Positions 36,696-54,980 of a stretch of 64,000 nt of DNA are shown in pieces. This DNA is from Yuukianura sp. NJ FZ-2021 (Eukaryota), in the NCBI GenBank assembly GCA_046563655.1, contig CM102290.1, forward strand, positions 8,928,001-8,992,000. Reading direction: 5' to 3'. Each line of letters begins with the position of its first letter. The first letter of the stretch is position 1. The position numbers and the translations under genes were made by a program. The notes beneath the pieces are model-generated. The model saw only the letters and a list, made by a program, of their open reading frames with translations, ran no database searches and had not been told where the DNA came from.

Positions 36696-39600
36696 ATGGA
36701 AATGGAAGGTTCCGCCGGCTACTATCTTGGTAAAGAATCAACGTATACTGACCTTGAAAGGCATAATTTTACCGATGTTGATTTTTTAGGACTGGGTATC
36801 GATAACTTGAGCCCTTGCGTGGTGAATGCTCCGGCGTCAATGGACGAATTCATTAACTCTTTACTCTATGGAGAATTTTATTTTACCGAAGACAAGTCTC
36901 TCGTGGCGTCTACGTCTGCCGCTGACATTGATCCAGGTCAAGAAGAAGAAACAGGTAAATTATGTTTATTGTTATTGACATGGATAGAGGAGGATAGTGG
37001 TAACTCAATATGATAAACATTTTTTCACATCGTAAGATGTAACAAAGCAGAGAGTAGTTAACTAGCTTCTCTGAAATTCAAAATTGTAATTCTGAAAGTC
37101 ATTTTTTTTAAATACTGCCACCTCATTGGTTATTTTTGCACGAATTTTTTTTTAATTGTGCGTTTGATCTTATCTCATTTTCTTATAGACGATCGGAGCT
37201 CGCCAGAATCGGAGAGTAGAAGCTTTCACACGTTTAGAACAGATTATGAACTACTTCATCGATCAAGTCGTATCATAAATCTTTCGAGTGCGAAACAAAT
37301 TATCCTAGATAAATTAGCATCAATTGTGAGCTGCCGTACTCCTACAAATGCAAGAACCACACGGACGAGGGGGTCTGAAGCTAGTGCCCAACTAAATTTA
37401 TATTCCAAGCCTCGATTACCATCGCTCCGACGGAAGAATCGTGATAATTTTGTGATTGATTGGGAACACTGTAAACTCGCAAAACAGTTCGACCCCTTGA
37501 ACTTTAATGCAAGATTCAGACGGCGATTACGCCAGTCACTACTGGAAGAACAGTCGCTCAAAAGGTACGCAAAATGAAATTAGCTAGTACATACAACATA
37601 TATCGTTTTAACGGGTCATTATTTAATTTTACTAACACGATGCCGTCCGCTTTCGTTCTCGCAAGCATGAAATACTATACTATGAATATTATATTCATTT
37701 AATACTGTTGGATATGAATAATAATAACGTATATTTAATCTTACAGTTTGCCTCCTGCCCGCGGAACTGAACTTCTTGTGACTCAAGCAAAGACGAGTAC
37801 CCTTACATGTGAAGATGACACACAAACCCTAACAGCGACACAGTTATGTTCAATAGGGATCGGGACGGAAAACCAATATACAATATTGTGTACCCCTCCA
37901 TCGTCAGTTGCGCACGGACGGTTATCCAATGACAAGTACTTTCGCGATAGTAAATCCCTCCTTGGTCTCGAAGATTTCACATTCTTGCTTTCCCCCGAAT
38001 CTCAAATGAGCACAGACATCGATCATGGGAAAGAGGTTGAACTGGAGGAAATTGTTGGACGACCACAAAAAGAAAAACGAATCCTCGACTACATCATGGA
38101 TACTTTGAAGGGATGGAGTGGTGACAAGGTTGTTATAAACAGGATTGATGAAGCTCCGACTGCCGTTGAAGTTGATGATCACAGTGATTTGTCTTCGCTT
38201 CAACAAACTACACAGATTGACGACGAGGGAACATGTAGCGTTGTCGCAGACCGATCATTTCTTGAAGCGAAAAAAATACTTTCTAAAAAGGACAGAGGTC
38301 GTCCGCTGATGCAAAAAGACCAAACATCTCAGTCACAACGTTGGAGTTATCGAAAAACGAAAATAACCGTCGTATCGACGACACAGTCAACCAAACAGAA
38401 GTCAGACGAACTGTTCATTCAATACATGGAATTAAGAAAAGAGGCTGTCAAGCGTGGGATACCGAACGAGTGCCTGCCTACCATGCCACCAGGTTCAGCT
38501 ACTGCGCGAAAGCATGACAAAGAATATTTCACGACCGAAGTACTTCACGAACTCATTGATCATGTCACTTCTTTACTTTCTATGCAAAATTCGGAGCAAC
38601 ATTCTGTACCTGAAGAACCGGAATCAATTTTACCAAACATTTCGGAATCAGACTGCGAAGGCAATTTCGAGAATAAGTTTCAAACCCCTTTTGCGGAAGA
38701 CTTATCATGGTTTGAATTACAGAATGCTACAGAAACTGAAGGACAGGAAGTTGAGGAGGATTTATTTGCAATGTCTGCTGACGTGGTACTAGGAAGTACA
38801 AAAATGCTGTCAGATGTCAAGGACGAGTGTCTCCTACAAACGTATAGTGAGGATGAAGATTCCTTGGCGGAACAGATAAAGAAGATATTGCTGGACCGAA
38901 TTTTTAAAGAAGAGGATCTCATATCGGAAATATCTGGCCCTAATGCCAGTAATTCGACAAGGAAGCGTCGAAAGATTTCCAAGAAAATACCGGAGGATCT
39001 ATGCTTTAGTGATACAGAATCTTCAGAAGATGGGGAGTCGATTGCTAATAGTGAAAGAGTCAGACGAATTCTGAAGAGCAGAATAAAGGAATGGGATTTG
39101 CTCTCGGAAATTGGGAGTATTCACTCAACAGAGAAACGAAAGCGAAAACCTGGCGCGAAGACAGACAGACTATCTCACTTACCTTCTCCAGAAACTGTGG
39201 ATGACCCCGATATCGATGACACCAGTTCCACAAGGAAGTTGAATGCCATGATTTTGGATAGAGTTCTTCAAGATGTTGACCTAATCTCAGACATCACTAG
39301 CATAGCTTCAAAATGGAAAACGTCTTCGAAAGTCAAGAAACCTAAGTTGAAGATAGAACCAGACACCGAGGTTGTCGAAGTAGACTTAACGTCTGAGGTG
39401 ACCCTTGATGGTCTTGATGACATTGTCGACGACGTTGAAGATGTACCAAATCCGACTGATCTTCTGGACCAACCCATTGATTGCCCTAATGAAGCGAAAG
39501 TTGCCCAGGACATGGAAATATTAACGGAATTTACAGATATGGAAGTGTGCGAGAGCGAGTTTGCACACTATGACGAAATTGGTTTCAGTATCTGGGGTCC

Positions 39601-41614
39601 AATGCGAGAAAATGTTAACGGAGGACGCCGTATGGGTTCAAAGCCCGGTAGTATCGAAATTCTTGATCCACTTTTGATTCATTCTGGAATGCTTGATGAA
39701 GAGAAGGCAGATGAATTCAAACTACGGGCGTGCGACGAATTGAGTATAGTATCTGAAGTGTATGATGAATTTACAACTGAGTTTTCGTAAGTTTTGAAAA
39801 ACGTAACATTGGAAATTCAAAGGAGATAATCTATTAATGGTTTAATTTGTGTTTTTAGTGCCGATCATGGAAAACATCCGTCCACTTTGGTTGTTTCAAA
39901 GGATTTCCATGGGTCACTAACAGCGATTTCAGCACAACCACCACTAGAATTTTGCAGTTGGAAGAGATCACACACTTTGGATCTGTTCAACAGATTGGGG
40001 TTTCTCGGTGTTAAAGATGAGCCTGGACTGCCCAAACTTCGCATAACTGATCAAATTGGAAGTGCAAAGGTAAGTTATTTACGAGAAAAGAGTGGACTTT
40101 TGCAGAGTTTCTGCAATAGGTCAGTACGAGTTGTCACACATTGAGTTAATTTCTGCTTTAATTCTTTGTTTTCAGGAACGGATTATGGCTCGGAAAACCA
40201 AGGGATCTACTACAAACTCCAAAGCGGTGAGTAAACTAATACTAAAGGTCTCCATCTATCACTCTAATCCTGGAGAACATTTAGAACGATTGGGGAACCG
40301 GTATTTCACGTCTAAGTAAGTCCCGATTTGAACATCTACAACATCTTCTGTAGCCCTGAATTAGATTTCTAATCGTTCTATCTTTATCACATCAATTTTA
40401 GATGGACCGCTCCAACGGTTGAATTGGAGTTTAGCGAAACTCAACTCGTGTTGGAACTACGGAATAGTTTGCATTGCCTCAAAGATTGTGTGACTACACT
40501 GGGTTATGATACGACAAAAGCCTTTCGTCTAACCCTGGAGGACGTTGCCTATGTAAGTCATCGTGTATATTCCCACGTATGTTTAAAATTATGCTCACCT
40601 TTTTGTTGAATTTGCAGAGCACGAACCCTGATTGGTACATGCTGATTGACGATACATGTATCTACGATGGGCGGCATTCGGGTAGTATTGAAGCTGCAAA
40701 TGAATTTGCTCTTCGCAGCCAGGACACTTTCAAAAAGACTTTATTTTTCCTGGATGCTTCCCAAACTAATCTTGGTGATCTAAATATTCGTTTCGGCTAT
40801 CCGTATCGTTTGTTTCATCAGGATGGCTGTATGCACACGTTTGTATTCAACGGAGCTAGGTAATTCACATAATTTTTTAATGTGCTCGAAATTGGTACTA
40901 CTAATGATAACAACTTTGATTTTTTATTTTTTAGGTTGAGTGAAGATGTTGATGAGTTGAATTCACCATTTCCGAAATACGTTCAGGAAAATACGTTTCC
41001 AGACCTGATAAAGTGCGAACTGGACGACGACACAATTGCAGAGTAAGTTACATTTACCGCAATTTTATTTTCAGCGACTTGCTACTAAGGAATTAACCAT
41101 TAAACGGTATTGTGAATTTTTTAGGTGGATAGTCGCAGGATCGTCGAAGATAGAAGATAAGGACTTCTTGTTTACATGCAAGGAATGCGCTAACGAAATA
41201 CTCAACAGCGAACGTCAGCAGGAAGTCATCAATTGGACAACGGCTTTCAGAATTCAGTACGACTCGACAACCGGGATTGGAAGCGTGCCGGATCGAAGCA
41301 TTGGATGGAAGTCAATTCCCAGTAGTTTAGCTCAATCTAAGCCCTACCAAATAGACGCTGATAAACCGCCGGATTTGTTACCGAAGCCAACAGTCATTTA
41401 CGTTCAAGTACCGGACGAACCCGCGTCCCCGAAGCTATACAGATTCATTCAGCCGTTTCTACTACACAAGGATATCAAGAACTATCGTAAAAAACTTGAA
41501 CGAAAACCTAAAGCTGTTAAGGAGGTCCCAGCGGCACCTAAGAAAAGAGGCCGAAAGCCGAACAGTAAATTAAGTAATTATATGCTCAAACGACTGAAAG
41601 AGAAGTGTATTTAA
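36696..41614 (+). CDS. Large divergent SNAPC3/SNAP50-like protein with long acidic N-terminal extension
   Basis: About nine exons, including a ~2-kb exon (~37747-39786). The C-terminal part resembles the SNAP50 domain: MLIDDTCIYDGR, LGDLNIRFGYPYRLFHQDGCMHTFVF..RL, KCELD..IAEWIV, FTCKECA. Basic C-terminal tail. Confidence 0.7.
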
Positions 41615-42648
41615 ACTAACCTTCAACGGTAATTGTTAGTATAGGTAATATTCTCAGAATGCTAAATTTTGATTTTCTAAATCTAAAACTTCCAAGTAAC
41701 CTGACGATTCTGGTATAAGTTACTGGGTATTCATTTGTACAACAGTTTTTTCTAAACCAAAATAAGTTTAAGTTTACCCACCCGAATACATCAATCCTAA
41801 ACAACGTTAGGATTGGTCTTATCTGTGACGTTAACTAGTAATTTTTGCAAAAGCTTACACCAGGGTAATTTATCCTGCTACTACTGAACATACCTCCAAT
41901 TAATTTGATATTTATATTATATATAATATGGATTTATCAAAAAAAAAATTACTTGTGTTCAGTAAAAAAAGAACATTTTCTGACGCATTCGCATTAATTT
42001 GATTTTGTAACGCTTAAATTACACCAAGTTTTTCGCAGTAGTAGAAAATAATATGTCTGTCGGTTTATGTTTTTCAGTCAATGAATGAATAGTGACAGCC
42101 ACGCGCGTTCACATCAATTAACAATTACTTTCTAAATATTAACATTCAAGACCAGTAGCATTAAAGACCACAGCAACATCACAGAAGATTCAGTTGGAGT
42201 AAAGCTTGGCTCTCTTCATTGTAACCGCACAATGTAGCCACGTTGAGGCTATGATGAGTTTAGTGCTACACTACGTGGCAACGTGGCTACTTTATGCTGC
42301 CACTTTAGGTTAGGTTTCGTAAGGTAGTGGCTACAATGACTTTCGCTAAGCCCTACTTCGTATGAAAACTCTTGCTTTTATTTATTTTGCCTTTGCATCT
42401 CAAAAGAATTCGGAAAAGTCTTAATAATCCATATTTTCCATATGTTTCGTTAGCATTTTAGTAGAGAATAGCAGGAGGCTGTTGAATCGGAGGAGATTTA
42501 GGGAGACATACTGGAACTGGACAACAACGGGAAGGTAATGTCTAATCTCTGATATCATAGTACTTTTAATATAATATAAACTGTTTTACGTTGGCTAATA
42601 CTGTCATTCCATGGGGTTAATGAAGGTCCATGCGAACTCCTCCGAAAC

Positions 42649-43853
42649 ATGTCCACGATGAACACTTCAAAATGGGAAAGCAAGTTCTGTGACAACAAAT
42701 ACGTCTTGGTTCGAAGAATGCAGGAGTTACAAGACAGCAGTTCAAGAAATCAGCTGGAATGTGCCTTCTTGAATCTAATCAGAACCAATTTGGAGATAAC
42801 TCAGGAATTGATTGATATCCTAGATGACGTCAGAAATACCCAACTGACCAAACGGGTTGTCAGCACGACTGGGACCTCAATTGGCGCACTTGGTTGGAGT
42901 TTTATGTTTAGCCGATCTCATCTCCAGTGGATATATTCAAACACAAAACTTTGTAAACTTTTGATTCTGTTTCGCTAGGGGCCATCTCAATGGTAGCGGG
43001 CGTTTTCTTGGCTCCAGCAACTGGTGGTGCATCAATGCTTTTGGGAATGGGGGCCGTGGCATCGAGTAATGTTAATTTAATTTAGCAACGTTTCGGAACA
43101 CAACTTCCTACCTATTCGAGAAATTGTTAACTTGATTGTCTTTAAACAGTTACAAGCGGAGTGGCAGCAATTGGAACATGCTTCTACAATCGACGTTCAA
43201 CTCAAGCCTTCGTGCAACATATTGAGCAACTGCAGAAGCGTCAAAATCGAATCTCCGAAGAACTGGACTGTAAGCTAGGCATTATCAATGCTCTTGTAGT
43301 GGAGCTAACACGCCAAGGAGTTGAGGAGAAGGTCGCAGTTCGAGCTGCCATATCTGTCATGCGAGATCGTATTGAAGACATGATAACAGGCCCAAATGGG
43401 GAAATATCACCCGTAAAGATTCTGAAGCTTGCTCAGAGAATAATGGCGGACATCAACTCCGTTAGTGGCTTGGCTGCTGCAGCGGGGGTGACGTTAGGAC
43501 GTGATGCCAAAGTTGTGAAAGATGCAGTGAAGCTCTTTACTGACTTCACAACGAAGATTGGAGAGACTGGCGCAAATGGAGTCGCTAAAGGGCGTCAAAT
43601 GGCCACAGCATTGGGGGAAGGAATTGCCGCTTCTACAACGAAAACGATGATCAAGCGTGTGGGTGCCGTTACAGGAGTAATTTTCACGGCCATTGATATT
43701 GCCTTCTTGGTCAAAGAGTGGAAAACCCCTGACCCACTCATCGCACACATTGAAGATGTCGTTTCTGTACTGATGTTTGATGTGGACAAATGTCAGAACA
43801 TGGTGGACATAATTCGTGGATTGTCATGTGCGTCCCAACTATGTATCCATTGA
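42649..43853 (+). CDS. Apolipoprotein L-like protein
   Basis: Three exons (~42649-42892, 42979-43065, 43150-43853). Amphipathic helix then TTGTSIGALGAISMVAGVFLAPATGGASMLLGMGAVASITSGVAAIGT (ApoL LAPxTGGAS hairpin); C-terminal GAVTGVIFTAIDIAFLVKEW. Confidence 0.75.
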
Positions 43854-44199
43854 GGTAGTGCAGTAACAGTGATATCTGGGTCTTACTTTAATGTTAAAAC
43901 ATTGTGTGTTGTCATATCAGTACCGTCCTTATGAAAAAGAGACAGCTACTTTGGTACTATTCTTAAACTCGTCACACAGTATTGAGTGTAACCTACGACT
44001 CAAATCGAGCAATAATTTTACTTATACGAATAGAAATATTTTCTCATTTCATCTCTCACACTTCCGAGTAACTACGTTCTTAATAAACCAATCACGAAAA
44101 TACTCGATCGAAAATGCAATCGGACCATAACGGAACTCTTATTTTGTTTTTCGTATATTAAATAAACCTGATCATAATCAATAGTAATTATTTGCAATT

Positions 44200-46552
44200 T
44201 CAGTCGTCGTCCCCTCCGGTCTTCCTCTTCTTGCGTTTCTTGTTCACTCCGCCAAATTCCAAACTCTGCAGAGGATCTTTTTTCCCTTTCTTAAAAATTG
44301 AAACACATCAATTAGGTTTCGGATTAAAATTGCAATATGTATTCTTATAAAGAACATAGTGAAACATACCTTCCTATCAAGGTGTTTCTTGTTAAACTTC
44401 TTCCGTTTTCCTTTTGTGGCTGATCTTCCACTGGCGGCTAAGCACATTGCAGCAGTACTTTCCACTCGACCACTGCTCCTTCCGCTTCCTCTCCCACGAC
44501 CCAGTTGCATCAGTGTTTTGGGAATGATATATTCCGGGACATGCTTCAAATGAGGCTGTTGTTTGACAATGTGCAATGCCTTATCGTGTCTCAGTGCCTT
44601 TAGTTCGTGCGGATTGGCTTCAAAGTAGCCCTGTTTAGCAAGAAAAATGTTAGTCCACTTCAACATTGTCGCTTTTGAAAAAATTGTTACCTTTAGCTTT
44701 TTAGAATGCATGATTTCAAGACGAATTTCCTTAAGACGCGCTTCACGAATTGCGATTCTTGTTACAGCCTTCCAAGCATCTCGAGCTCTGTATCTGAAGC
44801 CTTCTACTTCGTCCATTTTAAAATTAAATCCCTTCATTTTTAAGGTGTCTTCACCACTTAATTGCTGCAGAATGGATTCGACCTAAAAAATAAAAAATTC
44901 TGAACTGTCCAGCAACCTTGACGGTTTGCCAAGAGTATTGCTACTTCACATGCATTGTTGTAGGAAGCATTACCTCTTGAAGAAGTGGTTCCTCTTTACT
45001 ATTCACAAAAGAAAGAGCAGCACCCTGTTTTTGTGATGGAAAAGGCAATCAATTAATTTCTTTAACGCCGATTTTAAATAGAAATAGACATGCAAGAAGT
45101 GAGGTCTCACCCGATTGTTTCCACGAGCTGTCCTTCCGACTCTGTGTAAATACGAAGATGAGTCAAACGGGAAGTCAAAGTTGATCACATTTGAAACAAA
45201 CTGAAAGTCAATCCCGCGTGCAACTCCGGATTCCTTGTCCCTCTTCATCAGTTTCTTCTCTGTTCCTGAGCTTGGTCCAGCTCTATAACACCAAAGTATC
45301 TGTTAATTTTTTCTCAATAACTGAAACTTTGATTGCTATGCCTATATAATCCAATTGTCAAATCCTGTCTGGTAGATTGTAGTGTTTTTAAGCTTACTCT
45401 GGTTCAATCTTAGGTTCAGGAGCCTTTTCATCCAGATGCCGATCATCTGATGCGATGATAATATTGTAAACTCCCATATTAAACTGCTGAACAGTGTGCC
45501 ATCGAGACATTTGCGGTAATTCAGCATTCAATACACATGCCTTGATTCCAAACTGTTCCAAGTACAGTTTCAGCTTGTAAGAGCGATCCACGGTATTCAC
45601 AAATATCAGAGACTTTCCACGAATTAGTGTCAGTTTGAATAGGGCGTAAATCAAAACAAATTTATCTTCTTCCTCCGCCTAGAATGAAACATGCTTACAT
45701 TAACTAACCGTTTCATCCTTGACTCATGTCATGTCAACTTACGCGAATGACGAAATGTGATAGTTGCGCTGATGTGGGGATCATGGGTTCTTCTAATTTC
45801 AAAATGACAGGGTTGTGAAGAATTAGCTTCTTCAATTCTATTACGTCCTCTGACAGGGTAGCACTGGCCAGTATAGACTGAAATCGCTTTGGAAAGTACT
45901 GCAGCAGGTTCTTCAAGTCTTCCTCAAAGCCAAATGAAAAGACGAGATCAGCTTCATCAATCACTAAGATTTCAAGGGATTCTTTTAAATCCAGGTTTTT
46001 GGCCTTGAGCTGAGCAAGGATCCGAGTGGGCGTAGTGACGACAATGTCTGGTCGTTCATTGAGAAGAGATTTGACGGAATTGACATCACCGTGTGATGAA
46101 ATATCAATGATTTTGATATCACGCGTACATGAAGATCCAAGTTGAAGGAAGTTGGAAAAAATCTGATGACATAGTTCTTTGCTGGGTGCCAAAATGACAG
46201 CTCGGGTGTGTTGTTCACGGGCAGTATTCTTTATTGTCAAGACCCGTTGCAGTATTGGTATGGTGAAGGCTCCAGTTTTTCCAGATCCGGTTCTGGCTCT
46301 TGCGAGTACATCCTTTCCTTCGAGTATTAATGGAATTGCTTTCTCTTGAATTAAAGTAGGCTCCATCCATGCTAGTTTTGCGATGGCCTAAAATATTGGT
46401 CCAAATTCTTTAGTTCGACAACCAGAAACAGAATGCAACAGTCAAAAGTATCAAACAAGAATATAAAGTGAAAAAAGAGTCTCAATTTGTACCTTGAGTA
46501 TTCGGTCATCAAGGCCCATATCATGGAATTGCAGCATCTGGGATTTGGACAT
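44200..46552 (-). CDS. DDX56: DEAD-box RNA helicase DDX56 (Dbp9)
   Basis: Motifs: [105 protein letters not shown]; ends KTGGDDD*. Confidence 0.96.
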
Positions 46553-47705
46553 CCCAATAGTGAAACTGTGATAGAACAGTTACAATTTACTAACCTGTAA
46601 AGGATGCGAGTTACAATTGATTCATTTAATAATTTGCGAATACATCAAATGATCAAATCATATGCACCATGTTTTTAGCTCACCTAGAACGATGATGAAC
46701 CGATCTTTAAACGCCAAACCTCCAGCTTTACTCAGCAATCAATCAATTAAGAAGAAATTCGATTACTTAACTATTGCTAAATATAAGTGCTATAAATACT
46801 ATAAATAAGTAGGGAAGATCAACGAGAATGATTGAAAATGAAAAAGCATGTGTTGTGTTAGAGAAGTGCAGAGTTCGCTAAAAGTTTGGCGCGTACTATT
46901 CATTTCTATACCACATGGATTGAGGTACTGCCGATTCAGCACCTCAATGATATCATGCGGAAAGCGGAAACCATTTTCCTGCTGGCATCTAATGTCTGTA
47001 AAATTACAATTCATTAATCAGCTAGTGTCTGTGAAGTACATACTTCTTGTACGATTTATACCAATTTCGTTGTTTTAACGGTGTACATCGCTTTATGTAT
47101 TTCGCAATTACCCTTCGCTAAGGATTGAAATTACACAGAAAGGGTACAACTAACCAAGTTACGCTGTAGAACGAGGTTTGCCTTATTTCAACCAATTTTC
47201 GCACTGATGGGTGCTAGTGGGTGGTACGGTGGTAGTGGCGCTGCTTTTTGTCGTAGTGGAAATTGTGATCCCGTACCCGTTAAGCTTTGCTACCTACTAC
47301 ATAGTAATACTAGATAGGTCTATAGGCGAACCCTCCTTGGTCAATGGTTTTTGTCTGTGTCTCTGTGTGTTGTAATCTCATATACATCGCTCGGAATCGT
47401 TTCTCGCTCCGTCCCCCCGCTTTAGTATCGTGGACGGCGGCGGCGGCGGCTATCCACTTCGGTTTTACGGTTTTCCTTCTCTCGCAGTCGCTGTCGGTGA
47501 ACTGTTCTGTTCCAGGTTCTTTTTTTTGTAGTAATTTAGCTTATTTTGTAGTATTTCTTCCTTTACTGAATACCTCTTGTCCCTTCAGGTTCAGGTCAGA
47601 CACTTCGTCCAGTGAAATCCAAGTAACTGGCTGACACACTACTGTAACTTGCCTCTTCTCCGATCGGAACTGGATTTTCCTTACGTAGGTTAAGGAAACA
47701 GAAAA

Positions 47706-50536
<2,831 letters not shown>

Positions 50537-51234
50537 GTGAGGATCCAGTGTCGGAGCACCTCACTCATGTTGATAATTTAAACCTAGGTTTTACTAATAT
50601 AACAAGCATCACAGTCCAAGAAATAATTTACCATAATAATTACACATCACATTTGTAAGCTTCTGCAGTCATGAAGTGTATTAGAGTTAATATACATGTA
50701 TTAAATTATCGTTTAAATATAAGTTCAGTTTAAAACCTAATTCATTACGTCCTAAATCTTGTGTTGCATCGCATTGCGGTATAATATGCATTATGACAGT
50801 GGAGGCCATGGAATCTTAACCTAAGACTCGTGTGAAACTCATACTTTTTGTTAATTTTTTGTTTTCCCGTTCACTTTTCAATTTTTCATGTGAATTGCAA
50901 AAAAAGGCATTTGGAAACATGGAAATGGGTTGGCTCGAACTCTTAGTTGCAACAATTACTTTGGTGCTAAAAAATTTCCTTGCTGGCGTTCATTTTGTAA
51001 AATTTCCAAGTTGTACGAAGATTCCTCTGGAATTGCCACTTTGCCGTTTGATGGTGTGACGTGTAGGGAAAGTTTATTGTTTGATTCCATTGTTATTTCC
51101 CTACGACTTCTTCCTACTTAACATTTTTTGCTCAATCAGGATCCAAGGTTTACCGTCAGTTTCTCAGGCACAATTCAATTAACCAGAATCAACTCAAATC
51201 CTCAAACTTCCACTTTCAGTTGGGTTTCTGCTAA

Positions 51235-52040
51235 GCCTACGTTTCCATTACTCGGGTAGAAGTTACTCGGGTACTACCCGAGTAGAAATTACCCGCGTTC
51301 CAACGACATTTATGAAGAGAGTAAGATATGAATGTTGCGCACTTTTTTCACGTGAGCAGCAAACTTCCAAATTGACTCGTCTCATTTTCTCTTTGAGACT
51401 GGAAAAGCACAGCTGATGTTGTAAACACAATTACCTGATATTTTCAACACATTTACTACAATAAGTACTTTCAGCACTTAACAACCTTATTAATCGTATC
51501 CACTGCTTTCAGAATACTTACTTGTGATTAAAGTACTACTTCAAACGGTTAATTAAGGTAATTAGTTTGTTTAGTGCTTAACTAACCCACTTTGTGCACG
51601 TACAGTAGTGTAAGTGCTGGTTAATGATTAATCAGTGCTCATTGTCCTTGAAATATACGATATTGAACGAATTAATCATAAACATAAAACACAAATCAAA
51701 CTTCGAAACGAAAAAGAATTTTAGGAAGTCAGAAAAGGCTTAAATACAATTCTGACAATTAGAGCAACAAACAAATCATATAAATTTCAAATTGTCTCAA
51801 GTCTGAAACAGCTGTCACGGGAGAAATTGTGCGCGAAATTCAAAATCTAACTCGTAACCTCGTTTACATTACTCGACTTGTTCTACTCGGATAAGATTTT
51901 ACCCTCTTATCCGGGTAACAAAGTGAGTTACTCTCTTTCTCGGCGAGTAATGGAAACGCAATCGAGTAGGGGTTACCCTACCCATTTCCATTACTCATTT
52001 GGGAGAGTTACTCTCTTATCCGAGTAATGGAAACTAGGCA
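51235..52040. mobile_element. PIF/Harbinger-like MITE (~0.8 kb)
   Basis: Left TIR gcctacgtttccattactcgg versus right reverse complement tgcctagtttccattactcgg. TAA flanks both ends (51232-34, 52041-43). Subterminal ttactcg/cgagtaa repeats. Confidence 0.82.
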
Positions 52041-52175
52041 TAAGGAGGGAAGAGCAAGTCTTTTTTGAAAGGTTTTTGAGGGAATTGGCTTGGTTCTATT
52101 CCGAAATTGTTTCCACGCCGGTACACTTGAGTTCATTCCGTATCAATCAATCAATCAACATTCTAACATTCCAAT

Positions 52176-54505
<2,330 letters not shown>

Positions 54506-54980
54506 TTCTCATCTCCACGACAACAAGAAGTTTACGAATCTAGAAAAATTGATAGCAGCATCCAGTAAATTCCGGTGATAACGGTGCTAAATGTCACCTT
54601 GACTAAAGGTGTGGGAACAAAACGAATCTATTTCTGTTACGCAATCAAATTGAACAATCATGACTAGACTTCCATGAACATTGCCTTACTTTTGAAAATA
54701 AATTATGAATACTCTAATTTTGAGATTCATCAGGATGCAGTAACGTTTATTTGTAAAATTCTTATTCTTATTTTCGCTCCAAAAAAATGTAATGTTAGTT
54801 CAGCCAAGAGAATTCATAATTGTAAGCTCAACGCTATTAGTGAGTACTTTATGGTAACGTTTTGATTGGATGAAGTGTATTTGGCATCTTCTGCCACTCT
54901 TCATCTCATAAATAACAAGGAATTTGGAATTTTGCTTGGATTAGTAATTCTCTTGGGACTGAGGTTAGTGAATTAAATGT

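Noticed and set aside
42225..42340. Cluster of gtagccac/gtggctac inverted motifs upstream of the ApoL-like gene
   Set aside because: Probably a MITE relic, but termini and TSD could not be defined.
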